NCBI GenBank assembly: GCA_025057985.1
Contig: JANXEV010000002.1
Coordinates: forward strand, 1,104-65,103
Length of the DNA stretch: 64,000 nt
From: Candidatus Aenigmatarchaeota archaeon
GTDB lineage: Archaea > Aenigmatarchaeota > Aenigmatarchaeia > CG10238-14 > SpSt-28
Reading direction: 5' to 3'
Shown here: positions 43,330-52,969 of the stretch, in pieces
Position numbering within the stretch: the stretch's first letter is position 1
Layout of the letters: each line of letters opens with the position of its first letter
The notes under the pieces: generated by a model
What the model saw: only the letters and a program-made list of their open reading frames with translations
Told to the model about the DNA's origin: nothing
Databases searched by the model: none
Made by a program: the position numbers and the translations under genes

Positions 43330-45608
43330 ACTAGTTTTTTCGTTTTAACAACAACATCAGGATTTACGGATATCGAATCTATACCATTTCTGACTAAAAA
43401 TTCGGTGAAATCCGAATAGAAGCTTGGGGCCTGCCCACATATAGACACGCTCACACCTTTCTTATGAGCATCTCTTATCAAAATTTTTATAGCTTTTAAC
43501 ACTGCCTCGTCTCTTTCGTCAAAGTAGCCCATATTCGAGAGAATTGCAGAATCTCTATCCACACCTAGAATCAGCTGTGTTAGGTCGTTGCTTCCTATAG
43601 AAAAACAATCACAATACTTAGCGAATTTTTTTGCGAGAAAAACTACACTCGGAACTTCAGCCATTATCCAAACTTTAAACTTTTCACTTCTTTTCAAACC
43701 TTCACTTTCCATAATTTTTAAAACTTTTTTAACCTCCCAAGTAGTTCTAACGAAGGGAAGCATAACCCAAACGTTATCAAGTTTGTATTCTTCTCTAACT
43801 TTTTTTATGGCTTTACACTCTAATCGGAAAGCTTTTTCAAAACCTTCACTTATATACCTAGAAACGCCTCTCCATCCGATCATTGGATTAGATTCTTCTG
43901 GCTCAAACTTCTCCCCACCTATAAGCCTTCTATATTCGTTTGTTTTAAAATCGCTAAATCTAACCACAACAAACCTAGGATATATGGCCTTAGCGACCAT
44001 TGCTATACCTTCAGCCAATTTATCGATATACTTTTGTGCTTCATTCCTTTCTATAAGATAGTTTGGATGTTCTTTCACCCAGTCGGCTATTATAAACTCT
44101 ATCCTCATAAGTCCTATACCTTCAAAAGGCAGATCTTTATATTTATCTATCTCAGTAGGTACCCCTAAATTCATCAAAATTTTCGTCTTGGTTTTTAATT
44201 TTCCCACGTATTTCAAATCTACCTCACTCATCTTTTCTTTTTCCAACAAGTCTTTTACTTCCCCTTTATAGACAAACCCGCTTGTGGCATCTACCGTTAC
44301 TATCATCCCATCCTTTAACTTTTCGATGGCGTCAGACGCGCCAACAATGCAAGGTATCCCTAACTCTCTTGAAACTATGCTTGCGTGGCTGGTTAACCCA
44401 CCTTCAGTCGTTATTATAGCAGACGCGATTTTCATAAATGGCGTCCAGTCCGGAGAAGTCATTTTAGTAACTAAAATATCACCTTTCTCTATTTTCTTTT
44501 TCGCTTCTTCTACGCTTAGTGCTATTTTTACCTTACCTATGGCAACACCAGGGGAAGCAGATAAACCTTTTAAAATAGGTGGAATCTCGACGATTACCTT
44601 GCTCTCTTTTTTCTCGTAAAAAACAGTAACAGGCCTACTTTGAACAAGGTAGATTTTTCCATTTTCTGAAACCCATTCAAAATCCTGCGGGAAATGGTAA
44701 TGTTCTTCTAGTTTTGTTGCCAATTCCCAAAGTTGTTTAATTTCGTCTTCCGATAGAGAAATTCTTTTTCTTAAATCTTCAGGTGTTTCTATTTCTTCCA
44801 ATTCGCCCTTCTCGGTAGTTATTCTCATCTTTTCCTTTCTTCCAACATTGTATTCTATGACTTTACCCGAATCTTTTTGAATTATTATCGTGTCTGGGTT
44901 TACAGATCCACTGACTACGCTTTCTCCTTGCCCGTATGAAGATTCGATAACTATTTTATCTTTTTCTCCAGTAGAAGGATGGATTGTAAATCCAACCCCG
45001 GCTTTGTATTTACCTTTTTCATATTCGCTTCTAATCAAAACTCCTAGCTGCTTTTGGACGATCACCGCTATGTAAACTTTCTCGTGTTTAAATCCTTTTT
45101 GTTGTCTGTAGAATGTCGCTCTCGGAGTAAACAAAGAGGCCCAACATTTTTTTACTCCATCTAAAACTTCTTCAACCCCTTTTATATTCAGTAATGTTAG
45201 CTGCAAACCGGCAAAACTAGCGCCAGGTATATCTTCTGCAGTAGCAGAACTTCTTATCGCAACTGAAATTTCCTCTTTACCAAATTCCTTAGAAAGTTTT
45301 TTATAGGCTTCTATTATTTCGTTTTCTATTTCTTCAGGAATCTTAGAATTCGTTATTAACTCTCTTATTTTTTTTGTAGAACTTTCCAGGTTTTCCGGAC
45401 TGTTAAAATCAGTGTTTTTTAATATTTCTTTGATTTTTTTCATCAAATTGTTCTTTTCTATAAAGTGTTTATAAGCCGGGGCAGTAATAACAAATGCGTT
45501 TGGCACTGGTAATTTAGCGTTATACATTTCCCCTAAATTTGCAGCTTTACCTCCAACCAAATTTATATCGTTCTTTGAGAGTTCGTTTAACCATTTTATG
45601 AATTTCAT
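43296..45608 (-). CDS. ppsA: Phosphoenolpyruvate synthase
   Basis: 770 aa. N-terminal VGGKAANLGEM, phosphohistidine region TTEGGLTSHASIVSRELGIPC, and C-terminal PEP-utilising domain GSNDLTQL. Confidence 0.95.
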   Translation of the reverse strand: MKFIKWLNELSKNDINLVGGKAANLGEMYNAKLPVPNAFVITAPAYKHFIEKNNLMKKIKEILKNTDFNSPENLESSTKKIRELITNSKIPEEIENEIIEAYKKLSKEFGKEEISVAIRSSATAEDIPGASFAGLQLTLLNIKGVEEVLDGVKKCWASLFTPRATFYRQQKGFKHEKVYIAVIVQKQLGVLIRSEYEKGKYKAGVGFTIHPSTGEKDKIVIESSYGQGESVVSGSVNPDTIIIQKDSGKVIEYNVGRKEKMRITTEKGELEEIETPEDLRKRISLSEDEIKQLWELATKLEEHYHFPQDFEWVSENGKIYLVQSRPVTVFYEKKESKVIVEIPPILKGLSASPGVAIGKVKIALSVEEAKKKIEKGDILVTKMTSPDWTPFMKIASAIITTEGGLTSHASIVSRELGIPCIVGASDAIEKLKDGMIVTVDATSGFVYKGEVKDLLEKEKMSEVDLKYVGKLKTKTKILMNLGVPTEIDKYKDLPFEGIGLMRIEFIIADWVKEHPNYLIERNEAQKYIDKLAEGIAMVAKAIYPRFVVVRFSDFKTNEYRRLIGGEKFEPEESNPMIGWRGVSRYISEGFEKAFRLECKAIKKVREEYKLDNVWVMLPFVRTTWEVKKVLKIMESEGLKRSEKFKVWIMAEVPSVVFLAKKFAKYCDCFSIGSNDLTQLILGVDRDSAILSNMGYFDERDEAVLKAIKILIRDAHKKGVSVSICGQAPSFYSDFTEFLVRNGIDSISVNPDVVVKTKKLVYEIEGRLYSQ

Positions 45609-45653
45609 TTTATATACTTCTTTCCATTAATTAAAAGTTTTGTTAAAAATAAA

Positions 45654-46349
45654 ATGAGAGTAGCAATGATTTATTCTGGCGGTAAAGATTCTACCTTAGC
45701 TTTAATTAAATCGATGAGTGAAAATACGGTAGAGTGTTTAATAAATTTGATTCCACATTCTGAAGAGAGTTATGTTTTCCATTTTCCAAACACAGAGTTT
45801 GTTAAATATCAAGCTATTTCTATGGGTCTACCGATTGTTCAAGAGAGAGTTGGTGCTGGGGAAGGAGAGATGGACGTTTTTAAAAAAACGGTAAAATTTG
45901 TTAAGGATAAGTACAAAATAGAAGGAATAGTTTCAGGAGTGATAAAATCTAGTTTTCAGTATAAAAAATTTAAGTCTCTATGTGAAGAGATCGGTATTAA
46001 ATTTATAACACCACTTTGGCAGATGGACCAAATAGAAGTACTAAAAGAGGTTATTAAAAACAAAATAGAAAGCATAATAACTTGTGTTGCAGCTTACCCA
46101 CTCGATGAATCATACCTAGGTAGGAGAATTGACGAAAGTTTTATAGAAGATATGAAAATTTTGCAGAAAAAATTCGGAATTAATCCAAGCGGAGAAGGAG
46201 GAGAATATGAAACTTTTGTTTTGGACGCTCCTATCTTTAGGAAGAGAATAATATTGAAATCCTTCGAGAAAACCTATAAAGACTATTTTGGTGTTTTGAA
46301 ATTCAAGGAAGTTGAATTACTGGAAAAGTCGGAAAACGGTAAAGAATAA
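45654..46349 (+). CDS. Diphthine--ammonia ligase (Dph6 / MJ0570-type ATP pyrophosphatase)
   Basis: MRVAMIYSGGKDSTLAL PP-loop and PSGEGGEYETFVLDAP near the C-terminus. Confidence 0.82.
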   Translation: MRVAMIYSGGKDSTLALIKSMSENTVECLINLIPHSEESYVFHFPNTEFVKYQAISMGLPIVQERVGAGEGEMDVFKKTVKFVKDKYKIEGIVSGVIKSSFQYKKFKSLCEEIGIKFITPLWQMDQIEVLKEVIKNKIESIITCVAAYPLDESYLGRRIDESFIEDMKILQKKFGINPSGEGGEYETFVLDAPIFRKRIILKSFEKTYKDYFGVLKFKEVELLEKSENGKE

Positions 46350-47000
46350 CTATTCTAATTTCTTTTTTAGTTGCTCCAATAATTTTTTCGCATCTTCCTT
46401 AGATATGTTTTTCCTCAAGGAAGTTTCTAGATTCACTATATTCGATAGACATTCCTTTAAAGACCCATCAACTTCTATTTTAACTTTTTCTATTTCAAAT
46501 GGGTTTTCATCAACTACCACAACCTTCTTTAGTAAATAGGAATTTTCGTCAAGTTTAGTCGTTACTATAATTCCAACTTCCTTCCCTTCCTTCAAAACAG
46601 AGAAAATTAGATCTTCGTCCACGGTTTCTCCCAGTTTTTCAACCTCGTACAATTTAATCTCTTTAAGCTTTTCTACCACTTCTTCTACCACTTTCTCTAT
46701 CTCTTCCTGCGGAACTCTCCTAAAAGAAAATATTTTAAGTTTATCGAATTTCCATACGATTTCTTTTTTATTTTCGTCAAAATCGTACTCTATCATTATC
46801 TTTACTAAGTCTCCTTTTTCCAATCTCAGCTTATTCACCACAATTTCAAATATCACCTTGTTTAGTTGTGCAGAAGCATATGCCAGTTTTCCAACAATTT
46901 CCTTGTCTTTAATCTTGTCTTTAAACTGCGCGAAAAGAGTTTTTCTAATTTTTTTAGCATACGCCCCAACTATTACAAAACCTGTGGACAAGACCGCCAT
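46350..47000 (-). CDS. Hypothetical protein (216 aa), probably a conserved archaeal family
   Basis: MAVLSTGFVIVGAYAKKIRKTLFAQ N-terminus, Lys/Glu-rich. I cannot name the family with confidence. Confidence 0.55.
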   Translation of the reverse strand: MAVLSTGFVIVGAYAKKIRKTLFAQFKDKIKDKEIVGKLAYASAQLNKVIFEIVVNKLRLEKGDLVKIMIEYDFDENKKEIVWKFDKLKIFSFRRVPQEEIEKVVEEVVEKLKEIKLYEVEKLGETVDEDLIFSVLKEGKEVGIIVTTKLDENSYLLKKVVVVDENPFEIEKVKIEVDGSLKECLSNIVNLETSLRKNISKEDAKKLLEQLKKKLE

Positions 47001-47029
47001 ATAGTATTTTAGAAACTAATTTTAAAACT

Positions 47030-47132
47030 CGCTGGGGGTGGGATTTGAACCCACACGGGCGTAAAGCCCACCGGTTTTCTTTTTTGTCTTTAAACTCGAG
47101 ACCGGCGCCCTACCTGATTAGGCGACCCCAGC
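47030..47132 (-). tRNA. tRNA-Ser (anticodon CGA) with an 18-nt intron at 37/38
   Basis: Same architecture as tRNA-Ser(UGA). Anticodon loop CTCGAG, intron TTTAAAGACAAAAAAGAA (47077..47094). The 3' exon is identical to that of the other tRNA-Ser. Confidence 0.9.
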
Positions 47133-47161
47133 ACCGACATAAAAGAGTTTTAGAAAAAATA

Positions 47162-47839
47162 TTATAAAACAGTTGTACCTATTTGCTTCCCGTTTAAACA
47201 AGATAGAATATTTTTTGGATCTTTTCCATTTAAAATAACCAACTTAATTTTTTCTTTTTTTAAAATCTTCGCGGCTTCTAAATCAAACAAACTATATTTC
47301 CCTGGAGATTGTTCTAGCTTAGAGATGATCTTGATGAAATCGTCGAAATTCAGACTGTTATATTTCCTCGCGTTTTTAAATATCTTCGGATCCTTGTCAT
47401 AAACACCATCAACATCAGTAGCGTTTATAACTATATCGGCCTTTACTAAACTAGCAAAATAAGCTGCATTATAATCCGTAGAATGTCCTGTATCGTAACC
47501 TGCTGCTATTATAATTTTCCTACCGAAATGTTTTTTTATTTCGTTTTCCGTCTCTTTCAAAGGCTTCCATTTAACCAAGTACGAATTTCTCACAATCGAA
47601 GCTAGAGTTGAAGCATTTAAATGGGTAGCCATTATTCCTATAAAATCTTGAATTTCCTCATCAGCTTTAGCAGCTTTAGCGATATTTATAAATTTTCTGG
47701 CAATTTTTCCACCACCACACACTACTATTAGGCTATGTTTTTTAGAGAGATTTTCTATAACTTTAGCATATTTTTTAAAGTTTTCGTAAGAGATTTTTTT
47801 AGTCAGTAAAGAACCACCTATCGATATTACCACTTTCAT
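47162..47839 (-). CDS. pyrH: Uridylate kinase (archaeal PyrH)
   Basis: MKVVISIGGSLL, VVCGGG, and ATDVDGVYDKDP amino-acid-kinase-fold motifs. Confidence 0.9.
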   Translation of the reverse strand: MKVVISIGGSLLTKKISYENFKKYAKVIENLSKKHSLIVVCGGGKIARKFINIAKAAKADEEIQDFIGIMATHLNASTLASIVRNSYLVKWKPLKETENEIKKHFGRKIIIAAGYDTGHSTDYNAAYFASLVKADIVINATDVDGVYDKDPKIFKNARKYNSLNFDDFIKIISKLEQSPGKYSLFDLEAAKILKKEKIKLVILNGKDPKNILSCLNGKQIGTTVL

Positions 47840-47892
47840 AATAATCTATTTTTTAAATAACTATTTATGATGACAGAGTCTTCGGTGGTTGA

Positions 47893-49416
47893 ATGAACCT
47901 TAAAGAAATAGAATTAAGAGAATATCAAAAAAACATAGCCAATACATGTTTGAAAGGAAATACATTAGTAGTTTTACCAACAGGTTTAGGTAAAACGGTC
48001 ATAGCGATCTACGTTGCTTTAAAAAGGTTGGAACAAAATCCAACTGGAAAAATTCTTTTTATGGCTCCAACAAGGCCTTTAAATGAACAACATTATAAGA
48101 GTTTCCTAAAATTCACAGATATGACACAAGAAGATATTGCTTTGGTAACCGGGAAAGTAAGACCAGATGACAGGAAAATTTTTTACGAAAAATGTAGAGT
48201 CATTATAGCGACACCACAAACTATAGCAAACGATTTGAAAAGCGGTAGGATAGATTTAAGGGATTTTGTACTAGCTGTTTTTGACGAGGCACATAGAGCG
48301 GTAAAAGAGTATTCATACACGGAAGTTGCTAAAAATTTTATACTTCAATCTAAATCACCTTTGATTATAGGATTAACAGCATCTCCTGGTGGAGAAGAAG
48401 AAAGGATTAAAGAAGTCATCGAAAATTTGTTTATTAAATTTGTTGAAATTAGGACGGAAAATGATCCAGATGTAAGACCATATGTGAAGGAAGTTGAAAA
48501 AGAATACGTGAATGTAGATTTGCCAGACGAGTTGGAAGATGTCAGAAAAAAACTTTATGATATTTATGATGAAATTTTGGAATGGTTGAAATCGAAAATG
48601 TTTATAACTTCTAAGAACGTTACAAAAAAAGAACTTTTAAACTTACAAAACAGCCTAATAGCAGCATATGATAGAGGTATGGAAAATCCAATAAACATAT
48701 GGGGGTTGATAAAAGTCAGTCAGGCGATAAAAGTTTTGTATTTAATAGAATTGTTAGAGACACAAGACATAAAGATATTTTCTTCTTATGTTAAAGAGTT
48801 ATATTCTAGTAAAAAGAGAGCAGAGAAAATTTTGGCTTCACATGGGAAATTTTTAGAGATATACAAAAAACTTCCGATTTTAGAAGAAAAATACAAAGTA
48901 CATCCGAAAATGGAAAAGTTAGTCGATATAGTGAAAAATTTGATAAAAGGCAACCAGAACGTTAGGATAATAGTTTTTGCAAACTTGCGAGAAACTGTGG
49001 AGAGAATAGTGAACGTTCTTAGAGAAAACGGCATAAGTGCTGAAATGTTGATAGGACAAGCTAAAAAAGGTGGAAAAGGTTTATCTCAAAAAGAACAGAT
49101 AGAAATCGTTAAAAGGTTCGCGAGTAACGAGTTTAACGTTCTTGTGTGTTCAAGCATAGGAGAAGAAGGTTTGGACATATCTTCAGTTAACTATGCGATA
49201 TTTTATGAAGCTGTTCCAAGTGAGATAAGGCTCATTCAAAGAAGGGGTAGAATAGGTAGACAATCGGAAGGTAAAGTTATCTTTCTTTTGACGAAAAAAA
49301 GTATCGACGAAGGTTATTTTTTCTCTTCCCTTTCAAAAGAAAAAAAGATGAAAAAAACTTTGAGGAGAATTAAAAATGACGGCTTGAAGAAAAGAAAACT
49401 ATCAGATTGGGTGTGA
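47893..49416 (+). CDS. Hef/FANCM-type helicase (helicase half of a split Hef)
   Basis: REYQ, LPTGLGKT (Walker A), VFDEAHRAV (DEAH), SIGEEGLDI, and QRRGRIGR. 507 aa, ending where full-length euryarchaeal Hef continues into its nuclease domain. Confidence 0.85.
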   Translation: MNLKEIELREYQKNIANTCLKGNTLVVLPTGLGKTVIAIYVALKRLEQNPTGKILFMAPTRPLNEQHYKSFLKFTDMTQEDIALVTGKVRPDDRKIFYEKCRVIIATPQTIANDLKSGRIDLRDFVLAVFDEAHRAVKEYSYTEVAKNFILQSKSPLIIGLTASPGGEEERIKEVIENLFIKFVEIRTENDPDVRPYVKEVEKEYVNVDLPDELEDVRKKLYDIYDEILEWLKSKMFITSKNVTKKELLNLQNSLIAAYDRGMENPINIWGLIKVSQAIKVLYLIELLETQDIKIFSSYVKELYSSKKRAEKILASHGKFLEIYKKLPILEEKYKVHPKMEKLVDIVKNLIKGNQNVRIIVFANLRETVERIVNVLRENGISAEMLIGQAKKGGKGLSQKEQIEIVKRFASNEFNVLVCSSIGEEGLDISSVNYAIFYEAVPSEIRLIQRRGRIGRQSEGKVIFLLTKKSIDEGYFFSSLSKEKKMKKTLRRIKNDGLKKRKLSDWV

Positions 49417-49418
49417 GG

Positions 49419-50081
49419 ATGGAGAAGCAGCTAAGTTTGTTTTCTGACGGTGTTCAAATTTTTGCTGACTATAGGGAGGAAGAGATTATAGAGATATTGA
49501 AAAGAATGGGTGTTAGGATAAATATAGTTAATCTACAGGTAGGAGATTTTGTAGTAGGAGAATTTGGAATAGAAAGAAAAAGTTTTAAAGATTTTGTGTC
49601 GTCTGTTATAGATTCTAGGATATTCGAGCAGGCTAAAATGTTAGTGAACACTTATAGTAAGAGAGTGATAATTGTAGAAGGTGTGGAGTGTTTAGAAAGA
49701 ATAAATGAAAATTCTTATTTTGGTGCCCTGACTTTTCTAATCACTAGAGAAATTAACTTAGTTTTTACTAGGAACAAATTAGAGACGGCGAAATTTATTT
49801 ACTGGTTGGCGAAAGAGCAAGAGAAAAACACGAGTTTCGGTTTCTCAGGTTATAAAATTAATAAAAAAGCTAATAATCTGTCGGAAGTGCAAGAAAGGAT
49901 AGTAGCATCTTTTCCGGGCATATCTCATGTTTTAAGTAGGAGAATTTTAAAAAAATTTAAAAACATTAAAAACTTTATTCTGGCTTCTGAGAGCGAGTTA
50001 AAAAAAGTAGAAGGTATAGGTGAAAAACTTTCTAAAAAGATAAAAAATATAGTTGAGACAGAATATATGGGTGGTGGTTGA
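49419..50081 (+). CDS. ERCC4/XPF-type nuclease with tandem HhH (nuclease half of a split Hef)
   Basis: GDFVVGEFGIERKSFKDFVSSVIDSRIFEQ (GDx..ERK..D..S..R..Q) and the C-terminal FPGIS...VEGIGEKLSKKI HhH2. ATG lies 2 nt after the helicase stop, in a different frame. Confidence 0.85.
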   Translation: MEKQLSLFSDGVQIFADYREEEIIEILKRMGVRINIVNLQVGDFVVGEFGIERKSFKDFVSSVIDSRIFEQAKMLVNTYSKRVIIVEGVECLERINENSYFGALTFLITREINLVFTRNKLETAKFIYWLAKEQEKNTSFGFSGYKINKKANNLSEVQERIVASFPGISHVLSRRILKKFKNIKNFILASESELKKVEGIGEKLSKKIKNIVETEYMGGG

Positions 50082-51119
50082 TTGAAAAACATTATAGTCG
50101 GGTATGACACTGGTTTGAACGTAGGTGTTGCGATTTTTGATACAGAAGGTAAAATTCTTTTTCTTAAAACTTTCAGAGGAGAGGATAAGGATAAGATAAT
50201 TCATGAAATCTTTAAATTCGGAAGACCTATAATCTTTGCTACAGATAGAAGTAGAACTTCAAAATCAGTAAAAATTATTGCATCTTCAATAGGTTGTAAA
50301 ATTTTAAGACCGAAAAGAGATTTGTTGAGAGAAGAAAAAGAGGAGATAGTTAAAAATTTGGGTATAAAAGTTGATGACGATCATCAAAGGGATGCTGTTG
50401 CAGCTGGTTATTTTGCTTATTCGAGGATTAGAAGAAAAATAGAGTTGATTAGAAAATATTTGAGAGAAAGGAATCTGTTAGAGTTTTTTGATGAAGTTGT
50501 CTACAGATTTTTTAAGAGAAGTGATATTAACTTGGCGATTATATTGGAAGCGATAAGGGAAGGAGAAAAAACCACTTCACAGGAGATTATAAAAAAAGTA
50601 GAAATAAAACCAGAAAAAAAGTTGCCGATAGATGAAATTTTGTTGCTTAAGAAAAGGATTTTTGAGTTGGAGAGAGAGTTGGAATATTATAAAAAGATGA
50701 GAATGATTTTTTCAGAGCTGATCGATTATAAGGATAGATATTTAAGGATTGAGAAGTATTTTGAAATTTTGAAAAAAATGCATGAATTGGAAAAAAACGA
50801 AATACTCCCGGTTATAAACGTCGATGTTATAGATGTCTACGAATTCGATCAATATATTGGTATGAAAAATTTATTGGTTTTTTCAAACGATGAGAAGAAG
50901 TGTAGAATTTTAAGTAGTTATGGTGTTAAAGCTTTACTAACTGAGATGGATTTAGGTTTTGAGACAGGTTTCCCAATTCTAAAAGTTGATAAAAACAAAC
51001 TTATGAGTATTTCTAGCGAAGTTTTCGGTATAAATAAAAAAGATTTTGAAAAAGTTTTAAGGAAAATGACGAAGGAGGAGTTGAAAAAATGGGTGGAGGA
51101 AGAAAAAATAAGACATTGA
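50082..51119 (+). CDS. DUF460 (COG2433) RNase H-fold putative nuclease
   Basis: IIVGYDTGLNVGVAIFDTEGKILFL...GRPIIFATDRS...DDHQRDAVAAGYFAY is a RuvC/YqgF-like pattern, followed by a coiled-coil segment. The TTG start abuts the XPF stop. Confidence 0.7.
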   Translation: MKNIIVGYDTGLNVGVAIFDTEGKILFLKTFRGEDKDKIIHEIFKFGRPIIFATDRSRTSKSVKIIASSIGCKILRPKRDLLREEKEEIVKNLGIKVDDDHQRDAVAAGYFAYSRIRRKIELIRKYLRERNLLEFFDEVVYRFFKRSDINLAIILEAIREGEKTTSQEIIKKVEIKPEKKLPIDEILLLKKRIFELERELEYYKKMRMIFSELIDYKDRYLRIEKYFEILKKMHELEKNEILPVINVDVIDVYEFDQYIGMKNLLVFSNDEKKCRILSSYGVKALLTEMDLGFETGFPILKVDKNKLMSISSEVFGINKKDFEKVLRKMTKEELKKWVEEEKIRH

Positions 51120-51646
51120 TGATTTTTTTTGAATTTTTGATCCTCTTGAACATTTTTCTAATACCTTTTTACCTTTCGATTAAATTTGACGTTCAAATCC
51201 ACCAATTAAAGGTTTTGGAAGCACATATAGTTTACTATCTTTTGAATTTAACGAAAGTTGAAAGTAGTGTTAGAGACAATTTTATTTATATAGGAGATGT
51301 AATTTTTGAAGTGTCTTGGGACTCTACTGGTTGGAAAAGTCTTTACCTATTTCTTTCTTTGGTAATTTCGACTCCACTTTTCTTTAGAAAAAAGCTAAAA
51401 TTTCTGGTACTAGGATTGCCGTTGATTTTTTTCTTAAACATCCTTAGAATTTTCGCAACAATATACTTTTTTATCGTTTTAGGGATGCAGTACGAATTTC
51501 TACATCAATTCTTATGGAGATATTTTATGTCGATTTCCATACTGATAATGTGGTTTTTATTTCTATACAAACATAGATATAATATTGGGGAAACAAATAT
51601 AATAATAGGATGTCTATATGGCAGAAGAAGAAAACATAAAGATTAA
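51119..51646 (+). CDS. Exosortase/archaeosortase-like polytopic membrane protein with Ser in place of the catalytic Cys
   Basis: VSWDSTGWKSLYLF aligns with the family CSGxxS motif (Ser TCT at 51323..51325 where Cys is expected). It is followed about 40 aa later by LNILRIF (conserved N..R). About 5 TM helices. ATG overlaps the upstream TGA. Confidence 0.45.
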   Translation: MIFFEFLILLNIFLIPFYLSIKFDVQIHQLKVLEAHIVYYLLNLTKVESSVRDNFIYIGDVIFEVSWDSTGWKSLYLFLSLVISTPLFFRKKLKFLVLGLPLIFFLNILRIFATIYFFIVLGMQYEFLHQFLWRYFMSISILIMWFLFLYKHRYNIGETNIIIGCLYGRRRKHKD

Positions 51647-52958
51647 GTTTTTGGAGCTGGAGAAAAGGTTTGTAGAACTAGAAATGGTAGTTTCTCAACT
51701 AAAAGATCAACTAAAAGGGTTTGAGCAGAAAAAAATAGAAGAATTTTTAAATAGATTGGATGAGTTGGAAGATCAGGTTTTGATAGAAACGGCGGCTTTG
51801 GATGAACTTAGGAATTTATTAGAAGCTAGCGACACCAGCGAACTACATAAAAAAATAGAAGGTCTTAGGAATGAACTAGAAAATAAGTTTAATGAAGTTT
51901 TTAACAAACTTTCTTCTGTATCAGAGGAAGTAAAATCTCATTTAAATGAAATTAAAGAGATTAAGAAAAAGGTTGAAGAAGAAATAAGCAAAAAAATACC
52001 AGAGAGTTTTATAAATGATTTTGTAAGGTTGGACAATGAAGTAAGGTTTTTGACGGCAAAGTTATTGTCAGTTTCTAAAGATATAGAGCAAATATCATCT
52101 GAGATAAGATTGGTAAAACCAGAGGTGGTAAAAGAATTTTTGTCAAAAGTGATGGAAATTAAAAACGAAATAGAAGGGAAGTTCCAAGAATTAAACACCT
52201 TAATTTCGTCTATGGCAGCTAGTAGAGAAAAAATCGAGGAAATTCCGATTATTAAAAACAATATATCAGAGTTGAACAGAAGGATAGGAGAGATGGTGGC
52301 CAACGTCGAGTCGGTTTCTGCACAAATGAATATGTATCCTTCAAAAAAAGAGTTAGAAGACTTAAAATCGATTGTCAATTCTATCAATCAAGAGATCAAC
52401 AACCTGAAGCTAAAGATAGGCACCATGGAAAAAATAGAGAAAACAGTCTCCAATCTCGAAAATTCAACTTTAAAATTGGACGAAAGGATAAATTCAGTCA
52501 TCGAAGAGATCAACTCTTTGAAATTGAAGATAGAAAATAAGAAAGAATTAGAAAAAATAGAAAAAATGATAGCAGAAGTAAATTCTTTGTGGCAAAAAAT
52601 TTCTAAACAAGATGAAGATATATCCAAGGTTAAGGATTCGTTAAAATCGGTAAAAGATGAAATTGAGAAAAAATTTGTTAGAGTTGATGAGTTTTCCAAC
52701 TTTGTTATAGATTTGAAGAAAATTTCGATGGAGGTCGAGAAGTTAAAGAAAGATGAATTATCATTTTTAACGAAGGATGAAATGAAATCGGTAAAAGATG
52801 AAATATTTGAATTGAAAAAAATAGCTCAAGAGTTAAAGTCTCACTCAATTCCGAAGGAATTGATTCAAAATCTCGCAAATAAACTTAATTTTTTGGAAGC
52901 TAAAATTAAAGAGTTTGAAGAAAGAAAAAGTAAAATACAACCGATAATTTTAGAGTAG
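51618..52958 (+). CDS. Long coiled-coil protein (446 aa) with internal repeats
   Basis: Heptad-rich and E/K/L/I-dominated throughout, with no nucleotide-binding motif. Repeated KSVKDEI and INxLKLKI segments. Overlaps the upstream gene by 29 nt. Confidence 0.65.
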   Translation: MAEEENIKIKFLELEKRFVELEMVVSQLKDQLKGFEQKKIEEFLNRLDELEDQVLIETAALDELRNLLEASDTSELHKKIEGLRNELENKFNEVFNKLSSVSEEVKSHLNEIKEIKKKVEEEISKKIPESFINDFVRLDNEVRFLTAKLLSVSKDIEQISSEIRLVKPEVVKEFLSKVMEIKNEIEGKFQELNTLISSMAASREKIEEIPIIKNNISELNRRIGEMVANVESVSAQMNMYPSKKELEDLKSIVNSINQEINNLKLKIGTMEKIEKTVSNLENSTLKLDERINSVIEEINSLKLKIENKKELEKIEKMIAEVNSLWQKISKQDEDISKVKDSLKSVKDEIEKKFVRVDEFSNFVIDLKKISMEVEKLKKDELSFLTKDEMKSVKDEIFELKKIAQELKSHSIPKELIQNLANKLNFLEAKIKEFEERKSKIQPIILE

Positions 52959-52969
52959 TTAATTTTTTT

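Noticed and set aside
45627-45634. Palindromic TTAATTAA midway between the divergent ppsA and dph6 starts, as a shared bidirectional TATA box
   Set aside because: It lies only about 23 nt from each ATG. Standard TATA-to-TSS spacing would then put both transcription starts inside the coding regions, and I cannot resolve the real promoters by eye.
47867-47915. Possible C/D box sRNA: a perfect ATGATGA box in the pyrH-hef intergenic region
   Set aside because: No CTGA D or D' box occurs at the required 12-nt spacing. The second box would be TGAATGA, overlapping the hef start codon. Most likely a chance match.
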